From Candidatus Woesebacteria bacterium (GTDB taxonomy: Bacteria; Patescibacteriota; Microgenomatia; UBA8517), in the NCBI GenBank assembly GCA_016432525.1, contig CP066693.1, positions 547,650-611,649 on the forward strand: a DNA stretch of 64,000 nt. Direction: 5' to 3'. Numbering within the stretch: position 1 is the first letter of the stretch; every line of letters starts with the position of its first letter. This document shows, one piece after another, positions 56,970 through 64,000 of this stretch. A program made the translations under genes and the position numbers. The notes beneath the pieces were generated by a model. That model saw only the letters and a program-made list of their open reading frames with translations, did not search any database and had not been told where the DNA came from.

Positions 56970-58242
56970 AAATAAAATAATTGCTGCGATTGATATAGGA
57001 TCATCAAAAATAACAACTTTAATAGCGCAACTTGTTGTTGATCAAGTAACTCTTGATTCTTCATTAAACATAGTAGGTGTGGCAGTTGCTCAATCAAAGG
57101 GAGTTAAAAAAGGTCAAATTGTCGACATCGAAGATGCAGTTGAAGCAACAATTCTTTCTGTTGAAGCAGCTGAAAGAATGGCAGGATATAACCTAAACAG
57201 CGCTTTTATTTCAGTAGCTGGAGGCCATATTGGTTGCCAAAATTCAACAGGTGTAGTTGCCGTCTCAGATCCAAACGGTGAAGTAACTCCAGGTGATGTT
57301 GAAAGAGTAATTGAAGGAGCCAAAGCAGTTTCACTTCCAACATCCAGAGAAATTATCCACGTTATTCCAAGACAGTTCACAGTTGACGGAGAACAAGGAG
57401 TTAAAGATCCTGTTGGCATGGCAGGTGTTCGTCTTGAAGTAGACACTCATCTAGTAACAGCCTCAGCGGCAGCTTTAAAAAACCTCTCCAAAACTGTAAA
57501 CGAAGTAGGAATAAAAATCGACGAAGCAGTCTTTTCGGGTTTAGCAAGCTCATTTACAACTCTCACGGAAACTGAAAAAGAGCTTGGCTGTGTTCTTGTG
57601 GATATTGGGGCAGGGACAACATCAGTAGCTGCCTTTGTTGATGGCTCTCTTTCCTATTCATCTTCAATTCCAATTGGAGCTCGAAACGTAACAAACGATT
57701 TAGCAATTGGCTTAAGAGTTTCTCTCGAATCTGCTGAAAAAATAAAACTCGCGCTCTCTAGCAAAAAAAAGCAAGGAAAGGTTGAAGAAAAAGCAGAATT
57801 TTTTGATATAGGAACCCTTTCAGGTGAGGAAAGCAAAAAAGTTTCAAGAAGAACGTTAGTTGAAGGAATAATAAAACCAAGACTAAATGAAATATTTACC
57901 ATGGTTAAACTCGATTTAGAAAAATCAAATATTATAAATAGAATCCCATCAGGTGCAATCATTACAGGTGGAGGATCGCAAACTGTAGGGCTTTTGGAAT
58001 CAGCTAAAAAAACTTTAGCTCTTCCAGTAAGAATAGGAATCCCAACCGGAGTTACTGGCTTAATAGATGACATAGGCACTCCAGCTTTTTCAACTGCAGT
58101 CGGATTAATTCTTTACGCAAAAGAAAAAGAAGGTTTCAAAGAAATTCCTCAAAAAAATTTTGCACCTAAAATTAAAATGCCCACCAAAGGCATTCACTTA
58201 CCTAATAAAATTATAGATATAATAAAAAATCTTCTGCCTTGA
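56962..58242 (+). CDS. ftsA: Cell division protein FtsA
   Basis: IIAAIDIGSSKITTLIAQ actin-fold phosphate-1 motif; DIGAGTTSVAAF phosphate-2; GGGSQTVGL adenosine motif. Confidence 0.85.
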   Translation: MGKNKIIAAIDIGSSKITTLIAQLVVDQVTLDSSLNIVGVAVAQSKGVKKGQIVDIEDAVEATILSVEAAERMAGYNLNSAFISVAGGHIGCQNSTGVVAVSDPNGEVTPGDVERVIEGAKAVSLPTSREIIHVIPRQFTVDGEQGVKDPVGMAGVRLEVDTHLVTASAAALKNLSKTVNEVGIKIDEAVFSGLASSFTTLTETEKELGCVLVDIGAGTTSVAAFVDGSLSYSSSIPIGARNVTNDLAIGLRVSLESAEKIKLALSSKKKQGKVEEKAEFFDIGTLSGEESKKVSRRTLVEGIIKPRLNEIFTMVKLDLEKSNIINRIPSGAIITGGGSQTVGLLESAKKTLALPVRIGIPTGVTGLIDDIGTPAFSTAVGLILYAKEKEGFKEIPQKNFAPKIKMPTKGIHLPNKIIDIIKNLLP

Positions 58243-58293
58243 TGCTTGTAATAAAAACATTCACGATGTAGAATCGTGGGAAATATATAATAA

Positions 58294-59439
58294 ATGGCAC
58301 TAGTCAAACCAGATTCAGCTAGAATCGCAAAAATTAAAGTAATGGGAGTAGGTGGTGGTGGTGGAAATGCAGTAGCTTCGATGGTTGATGGTGGCCAAAT
58401 AAACGGTGTCGAATTTATAGCTTTAAATACAGATGCCCAAGTTCTCCTCGCAAGTCAGGTTCCAACCAAACTCCAGATTGGAGAAAAACTTACCAAGGGC
58501 CTGGGAGTGGGAGGTCACCCCGAAATTGGTGCTCAAGCTGCAGAAGAATCAACAGAAAAAATAAAGGAGGTATTAATTGATGTAGATATGACTTTCATTA
58601 CAGCAGGAATGGGTGGGGGAACTGGTACTGGTGCAGCTCCTGTAATTGCTCGACTTGCCAAAGAATCAGGCTCCCTTACTGTCGCAGTTGTCACAAAACC
58701 ATTTGCTTTCGAAGGAGCCAGGCGCATGATGCTAGCAGAAGAAGGAATAGAAAAATTAAGAAAAGAAGTTGATACTTTAATTGTTATTCCAAATCAAAGG
58801 CTTTTGGATGTTGTTGATCGAAAAATGACTCTTCTAGAAGCATTCAAAGTTGCAGATAGCGTTTTGGGTCAGGCTGTTGCAGGAATTGCCGAAATTATCA
58901 CAACTCCAGGTCTCGTTAACGTTGACTTTGCAGATGTTAAAGCCATTATGTCCGATGCAGGTTCCGCACTTCTTGGAATTGGAACTGGTGTTGGAGAAAA
59001 TCGTGCACAAATGGCAGCCCGTGCAGCAGTTTCATCTCCACTTTTAGATCTTTCAATAGAAGGAGCTCGCGGAGTTCTTTTCAACATTGCAGGTGGGCCT
59101 GACCTTACAATGTTTGAGGTAGACGAAGCAGCTCGTGTCATTTCAACAACAGCTGATCCTGATGCGAATATCATGTTTGGAGCTGTTATTAAAGAGGATA
59201 TGTCTGATCAAATTAGAATTACAGTTATTGCAACAGGATTTGACGGCTCAGCCGCAGAAATTCATGAAATTCACTCAGCTCCACCCCCACCTCCAATTCA
59301 GGGAGTAGTAAGTGAAGGAATTAAAAAAGAGGAAGAACCTATGGATGAAGATCAAAAAGAAGAATTTGCAAACCCCCGCGACAAAGATGAATTTGGTGAT
59401 GAATTCGAAATACCTGCTTTCCTTCGTAAAGTCCACTAA
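58294..59439 (+). CDS. ftsZ: Cell division GTPase FtsZ
   Basis: Tubulin signature [10 protein letters not shown]; T7 loop NVDFADV; the conserved C-terminal peptide [11 protein letters not shown]. Confidence 0.9.
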   Translation: MALVKPDSARIAKIKVMGVGGGGGNAVASMVDGGQINGVEFIALNTDAQVLLASQVPTKLQIGEKLTKGLGVGGHPEIGAQAAEESTEKIKEVLIDVDMTFITAGMGGGTGTGAAPVIARLAKESGSLTVAVVTKPFAFEGARRMMLAEEGIEKLRKEVDTLIVIPNQRLLDVVDRKMTLLEAFKVADSVLGQAVAGIAEIITTPGLVNVDFADVKAIMSDAGSALLGIGTGVGENRAQMAARAAVSSPLLDLSIEGARGVLFNIAGGPDLTMFEVDEAARVISTTADPDANIMFGAVIKEDMSDQIRITVIATGFDGSAAEIHEIHSAPPPPPIQGVVSEGIKKEEEPMDEDQKEEFANPRDKDEFGDEFEIPAFLRKVH

Positions 59440-59459
59440 CATTGATCCATAATTATTTT

Positions 59460-59503
59460 AGTGTTATAATTTTTAAATTTAGTTAGCTCTTTAAGGAGGC
59501 ATC
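59460..59503 (+). promoter_or_regulatory. Promoter -10 and ribosome-binding site for small gene
   Basis: TATAAT at 59466-59471; AAGGAGG at 59493-59499, 4 nt before a TTG start. Confidence 0.35.
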
Positions 59504-59809
59504 TTGTATTCAAAAAAGCTGCGAGGAGGCCATGAAGATTTTATATCTTCAGCTAGGAATCTCTATGAATTTTTAAAATGTCTAGATATAGTTGCAGGTG
59601 TTGCTCCCTGTAGAATCATACCTGGACATGGGCATAGGGCAGATAAAACAAAAATTAAAGTTGTAAATGAAACTGGATGTCTTCGGGTTAAAGTTATTGA
59701 AAGTAATAAATTTCAATTTTTGCAAATATATTCAAGCAATATTCAAGGAGTAAAAACAGAAATTGAAAGATTTGCACAAGCTAACAATAAGTTTGAATTC
59801 ATTAGTTAA
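59504..59809 (+). CDS. Small conserved-looking hypothetical protein (101 aa), TTG start
   Basis: A perfect SD (AAGGAGG), the TATAAT box and an immediate intrinsic terminator bracket the ORF. No recognisable family. Confidence 0.45.
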   Translation: MYSKKLRGGHEDFISSARNLYEFLKCLDIVAGVAPCRIIPGHGHRADKTKIKVVNETGCLRVKVIESNKFQFLQIYSSNIQGVKTEIERFAQANNKFEFIS

Positions 59810-59848
59810 GCGCCTTATTGGCACAAAAAACCATAAAGGCGCTTTTTT
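59810..59848 (+). terminator. Rho-independent terminator
   Basis: GCGCCTT - loop - AAGGCGC stem directly after the TAA stop, followed by TTTTTT. Confidence 0.55.
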
Positions 59849-59859
59849 CTTGCGAAAAA

Positions 59860-60072
59860 TTGGCCTTTGTGATATTCTACTCGGTTCGGCTGGTATACAG
59901 GTCGAACAATGCCTTACGCAGATGTGGGAGTTTAAGTTTTCTACAAACTACCCCTTTTGGGTTAGACATATTTTTAAACTGGGTGGGGATCTCTTCTCGT
60001 TTCACATCATCTCCCCACCCAGTATTCTTCTTTTCTTTCCTATTCAGATGTTTTCATCTATAATACCCATAA
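59860..60072 (+). promoter_or_regulatory. Candidate T-box riboswitch / attenuator leader of ileS
   Basis: AAACTGGGTGGGGA resembles the T-box consensus (AAnnnGGGUGGnACC). It forms the 5' arm of a 12-bp terminator hairpin (CTGGGTGGGGA / TCCCCACCCAG, 59979-60022) followed by a U-rich tract, about 50 nt before the ileS ATG. An upstream CCCC run could form the alternative antiterminator. Confidence 0.4.
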
Positions 60073-62982
60073 ATGGCCAAAAAACAATACTTTGACTCAG
60101 TTGATTTAAAAATAAATTTCCCCGAAGAAGAGAAAAAATTGCTTAAATTCTGGTACGAAAACGATGTTGTCGCTAAATATTTAAATAAAAATAAAACTTC
60201 TAAAAAATACTTCTCTTTTATGGATGGACCAATTACAGCAAATAACCCAATGGGAGTTCACCATGCTTGGGGTCGAACATATAAAGATCTTTGGCAGAGA
60301 TTCAATAATATGAGAGGATTTCGCGAACGTTTTCAAAATGGCTTTGACTGTCAAGGTTTGTGGGTAGAAGTGGAAGTAGAAAAAGAATTGGGACTACGCA
60401 ATAAAAAAGATATTGAGGCCTTAGTTCCCGGTAACAAAAAGGAAAGCATTGCCAAATTTGTAAATCTTTGTAAAGAAAGAGTAGAAAGGTTCAGTAATAT
60501 TCAAACCCAACAATCTAAACGCCTTGGTAATTTTATGGATTGGGACAATTCATATTTCACAATGTCTGATGAAAATAATTACACCATCTGGCATTTTCTA
60601 AAAGTCTGCCACGAAAAAGGTTGGATTTATAAAGGTACTGATTCAGTTCCATGGTGCCCCAGATGCGAAACTGCAATTTCTCAGCACGAGATGCTAACTG
60701 AGGATTATAAGGAAATTACACATAAATCTGTATATTTAGAATTTCCAATAGTAGATCGCAGTCGGGAATATCTTTTGGTCTGGACTACAACCCCATGGAC
60801 CATTCCAGCAAATATTGCTGTAGCTGTTGATGAAAAGATGGACTATGTTTTAGTGGAAGGAAAAACTGGGGACAAATATTGGATAGTTAAGGAAAGACTA
60901 GATGCAGTTTTTGGTAAAGACTTCAAGAAAAAAATTAAAACCGTCAAAGGCAAAGAACTCGTTGGATTAAAATACACAAGTGCATTCGATGATATTTCGG
61001 CAATAGCCAAAGTAGCAAAAGAAAATGAAGAGTTGTTTCATAAAGTTATAGCCACAGATCCACTAATTTTGCCTATCGCTGGAACCGAAGGTACTGGTCT
61101 CGTTCATACAGCAGTATCTGCGGGAGCAGAAGACTTCAAGCTGGGCAAAAAATATGGTTTACCCATGATACCTGTCATTCAGGATAATGCCGATTACCTT
61201 CCAGGTCTTAATTTTTTAAGTGGCCAAAATGCCAAAAAACATCCAGAAATAATAATAGATTATTTGTTATCAAGAGAGAAAGAAAATTGGATCTTTAAAG
61301 TCGAGAATTATACACACAGATATCCAGCATGTTGGCGTTGTAAAACTGAACTTGTCTGGAAGGTTGCCGATGAGTGGTACATTTCAATGGATAAGGTTGA
61401 CCCAAAAGATTCAAAGAAAAGAACTTTAAGAAAAGAAATGGTCGATGTTGCCAAAAAAATAAATTGGATTCCAAAATTTGGTCTAGACCGCGAACTTGAT
61501 TGGCTCTCTAACATGCACGATTGGCTCATCTCAAAACCAAATCGTTATTGGGGATTGGCTCTTCCAATTTATGAATGTAAAAAATGTGGAAATTTTGAAG
61601 TTATTGGTAGTAAAGAGGAATTAAAGGAAAAAGCAGTTGAAGGTTGGAAAAATTTTGATGGTCATTCTCCACACAAACCATGGATAGATGAAGTCAAAAT
61701 TAAATGTGACAAATGTGATGAAATCGTTGATAGACTTGCTGATGTAGGAAATGTCTGGCTTGATGCAGGTATCGTTCCTTTTTCTACAATTTCAGAAAAT
61801 AACCAAGGTGATCCTTTATACAAAACTGATAAAACCAAATGGCAAAAATGGTTTCCAGTAGATTTCATAACTGAAAGCTTTCCAGGTCAATTCAAAAATT
61901 GGTTTTATTCGCTTATTGCAATGGCAACAGTTTTGGAAAACAAAAATCCATTTAAATCTGTTTTGGGTTTTGCAAGTCTTCTTGCAGAAGACGGCCGTCC
62001 AATGCACAAAAGTTGGGGCAACGCAATAGAATTTAATGAAGGTGCAGACAAAATTGGAGTTGATGTCATGCGCTGGATGTATGTCAGACAAAACCCAACA
62101 GATAATCTTCTCTTTGGCTTTAAAATTGCAGATGAAGTTCGTCGCAAATTCCATTTAAAACTTTGGAATATCTATAACTACTTTGTAACTTATGCAAATT
62201 TAGACAATTGGGACCCGCTGAAGAATAAAGACAATAGTCAAAACATCTTAGATAAATGGATTATAAGCAGATTAAATGAGGTTATTAAAAAAACAACTAA
62301 AGATCTTGAAAAGTACGATGCTTACTCTGCCTCCTCAGAAATAGAAAATTTTGTTGATGATTTATCAAATTGGTATATAAGAAGGTCAAGAGAACGTGAA
62401 GACAGAGAAAATTTTTATAATACTACTTATCAAGTTTTAGTCACTTTATCAAAACTTTTAGCTCCCTTTACACCATTTGTTGCAGATATTATTTACAAAA
62501 ATTTAACAAAAAAAGAGTCAGTTCACTTAAGTGACTGGCCAAAAGCTAAACTCGAAAGTAAAGAAATAATTGATCAAATGACATTGGTGAGAGCTGTTAC
62601 AGAAAAAGCTCATTCGCTTAGAAAAGAAAAATCCATTCCTCTTCGTCAACCTTTGTTATCTTTAAAAACTAGTTATGAATTCACCCTCGATCTTAAAGAA
62701 ATTTTAAAAGAAGAATTAAACGTTAAAGATATTTTAAAAGGTAAAAAAGCTGCAGAATTAGATACAACTATAACTCCCGAGCTTGAAGAAGAAGCCAAAG
62801 CTCGTGAATTAATCAGAAAAATTCAGGCAAAAAGAAAAGAGATGAATGTAGATCTTACTCAAAAAGTTGAAATTTCAAATGAATGGTTTCCAAAAGACGA
62901 AAAACTTACTCAGAAAATTATTGAAAAAACCTTGGCTACCTCGTTGCAAAAAGGGGAATTTAGCGTTAAGGTAAGTGGATGA
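60073..62982 (+). CDS. ileS: Isoleucyl-tRNA synthetase
   Basis: Class I HIGH motif region (PITANNPMGVHHAWGRTYKD), KMSKS-like PMHKSWGN, zinc-binding Cys clusters, and a 969-aa length typical of type 2 IleS. Confidence 0.9.
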   Translation: MAKKQYFDSVDLKINFPEEEKKLLKFWYENDVVAKYLNKNKTSKKYFSFMDGPITANNPMGVHHAWGRTYKDLWQRFNNMRGFRERFQNGFDCQGLWVEVEVEKELGLRNKKDIEALVPGNKKESIAKFVNLCKERVERFSNIQTQQSKRLGNFMDWDNSYFTMSDENNYTIWHFLKVCHEKGWIYKGTDSVPWCPRCETAISQHEMLTEDYKEITHKSVYLEFPIVDRSREYLLVWTTTPWTIPANIAVAVDEKMDYVLVEGKTGDKYWIVKERLDAVFGKDFKKKIKTVKGKELVGLKYTSAFDDISAIAKVAKENEELFHKVIATDPLILPIAGTEGTGLVHTAVSAGAEDFKLGKKYGLPMIPVIQDNADYLPGLNFLSGQNAKKHPEIIIDYLLSREKENWIFKVENYTHRYPACWRCKTELVWKVADEWYISMDKVDPKDSKKRTLRKEMVDVAKKINWIPKFGLDRELDWLSNMHDWLISKPNRYWGLALPIYECKKCGNFEVIGSKEELKEKAVEGWKNFDGHSPHKPWIDEVKIKCDKCDEIVDRLADVGNVWLDAGIVPFSTISENNQGDPLYKTDKTKWQKWFPVDFITESFPGQFKNWFYSLIAMATVLENKNPFKSVLGFASLLAEDGRPMHKSWGNAIEFNEGADKIGVDVMRWMYVRQNPTDNLLFGFKIADEVRRKFHLKLWNIYNYFVTYANLDNWDPLKNKDNSQNILDKWIISRLNEVIKKTTKDLEKYDAYSASSEIENFVDDLSNWYIRRSREREDRENFYNTTYQVLVTLSKLLAPFTPFVADIIYKNLTKKESVHLSDWPKAKLESKEIIDQMTLVRAVTEKAHSLRKEKSIPLRQPLLSLKTSYEFTLDLKEILKEELNVKDILKGKKAAELDTTITPELEEEAKARELIRKIQAKRKEMNVDLTQKVEISNEWFPKDEKLTQKIIEKTLATSLQKGEFSVKVSG

Positions 62983-63989
62983 GGGTAGCCATATCTGTTT
63001 TGATAATTTTATCGATAATTACTCTTCGAGCAATTTACCCTAGTATTTTTCCTAATTATTTTTTATATATCATAATTTCGATCGTCGCGTTTATTTGCTT
63101 TTCCAGACTTGATTTTGAAATACTTGAAGTTTTTTATAAACATTTCTATGTAATCTCGGTAGTTTTGTTAATTATTACTCTTTTGATAGGACAGGCAACC
63201 CGCGGTGTTGTCCGCTGGATTCCTTTGGGACCCATTAATTTCCAGCCAACAGAAATAGCTCGACCTTTTCTTCTTTTATTTTTTGCTAAATTCTTATCAG
63301 AGCAAAGAATTACAATTAAAAGATTTATTCTTGCCTTAATTTTGTTCGCAATTCCATTTTTACTAATTTGGTTTCAGCCATCTCTTGGTGTTGCTGTGGT
63401 CACAACGATAGGTATAATAGGAATTACTCTAACAACCGGAATAGAAAAAAGAATTATTCTCATATCAATAATTACAGTTGTTGCACTTTTACCAATTATT
63501 TGGCAACTTTTAAGGCCTTACCAAAAAACTAGAATTATTGATTTGTTAAACTCAGGTAAACGAGAAGCAAATTATAATAGTCTGCAATCAATGATTTCAG
63601 TCGGATCAGGTGAAATTAATGGAAGAGGGTTGGGAAAAGGTGCCGAAACTCAGCTTTATTTTTTACCAGAGCGCCATACAGATTTTATATTTGCTTCGAT
63701 TTCGGAAGAGTTAGGGACAGTAGGCTCTATGCTTGTTATTCTAACCTCTTTTTATCTCCTATATCAAATAATTATAATTTCAGAAAGCACAAAAAATATT
63801 GTTGCTCGCACATTTGCCATAGGTATCTTCATGACCTTGTTTATGCAAACTTTTGTTCATATTGGCATGAATATGGGTTTGACTCCTGTAACAGGTCTTC
63901 CTCTTCCTTTAGTCTCGGCAGGGGGCTCGTCATTAGTTGCTACCATGGCTAGTTATGGCATGTTACTTGGAATTAAAAGAAATTCGTAG
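62979..63989 (+). CDS. rodA: SEDS-family peptidoglycan glycosyltransferase RodA/FtsW paralog
   Basis: RWIPLGPINFQPTEIARPFLLLFFAKFLSE and C-terminal PVTGLPLPLVSAGGSS motifs; second SEDS copy in the window. Confidence 0.7.
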   Translation: MRVAISVLIILSIITLRAIYPSIFPNYFLYIIISIVAFICFSRLDFEILEVFYKHFYVISVVLLIITLLIGQATRGVVRWIPLGPINFQPTEIARPFLLLFFAKFLSEQRITIKRFILALILFAIPFLLIWFQPSLGVAVVTTIGIIGITLTTGIEKRIILISIITVVALLPIIWQLLRPYQKTRIIDLLNSGKREANYNSLQSMISVGSGEINGRGLGKGAETQLYFLPERHTDFIFASISEELGTVGSMLVILTSFYLLYQIIIISESTKNIVARTFAIGIFMTLFMQTFVHIGMNMGLTPVTGLPLPLVSAGGSSLVATMASYGMLLGIKRNS

Positions 63990-64000
63990 TAAAATAGGTA

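Noticed and set aside
59260-59300. Pro5 run (SAPPPPPIQ) in the FtsZ C-terminal linker, considered as a possible slippage or low-complexity artefact
   Set aside because: FtsZ C-terminal linkers are naturally proline-rich and disordered; nothing unusual.
59763-60095. ORFs 59763-60095 and 59818-60063 upstream of ileS
   Set aside because: They cover a terminator, a structured leader (T-box-like) and the ileS RBS. Translations are low-complexity. Better explained as non-coding regulatory RNA.
1-64000. CRISPR arrays, rRNA genes, tRNA genes
   Set aside because: No regularly spaced direct repeats, no rRNA-like conserved blocks, and no convincing cloverleaf sequences were seen anywhere in the window.

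Overview
The window is A+T-rich, densely coded bacterial DNA, apart from one G+C-rich island at about 48.2-52.65 kb. By eye the host DNA is roughly 30% G+C.

Gene content (DUF4012 protein, minimal dcw cluster, TTG/GTG starts, a very large glycosylation locus) is consistent with an uncultivated Patescibacteria/CPR-like or similar low-GC lineage. I cannot verify this without searches.

The window has four parts:

(a) 1-42 kb is an unusually large cell-surface glycan locus. It includes about 8 GT4 and 6-7 GT2 glycosyltransferases. It has at least five GT2 plus GT-C (YfhO/ArnT/PMT-like membrane transferase) pairs, which resemble GtrB/GtrC or CsbB/YfhO periplasmic glycosylation modules. It also carries a Wzx flippase, a Wzy/O-antigen-ligase-like protein, an initiating phosphoglycosyl transferase, a GDP-mannose pyrophosphorylase, a hexapeptide acetyltransferase, a SAM methyltransferase, two discoidin (F5/8 type C) domain membrane proteins, and a DUF4012 protein. 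A minus-strand sub-cluster looks like an Arn-type pathway (GT-C, GT2, NAD epimerase/dehydratase, DegT aminotransferase) extended by a FemAB-like transferase and a radical SAM/SPASM enzyme.

(b) 42-44 kb holds recO and a DUF2130 protein.

(c) 44.9-59.4 kb is a division/cell-wall (dcw) cluster: rsmH, ftsL-like, ftsI, a murF fragment, mraY, ftsW, murG, ftsQ, ftsA, ftsZ. The island sits between ftsI and the murF C-terminal fragment. The island carries a lone receiver-domain response regulator, a Cys-rich GDCCVxC-like protein, hypothetical proteins, an ISL3 transposase N-terminal fragment and a Gp49/HigB-like toxin. The murF remnant and the absence of murE/murD/murC point to either a disruptive insertion or an assembly chimera.

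(d) 59.5-64 kb holds a small, strongly signalled gene, a T-box-like leader, ileS and rodA.

No rRNA, tRNA or CRISPR array was recognised.
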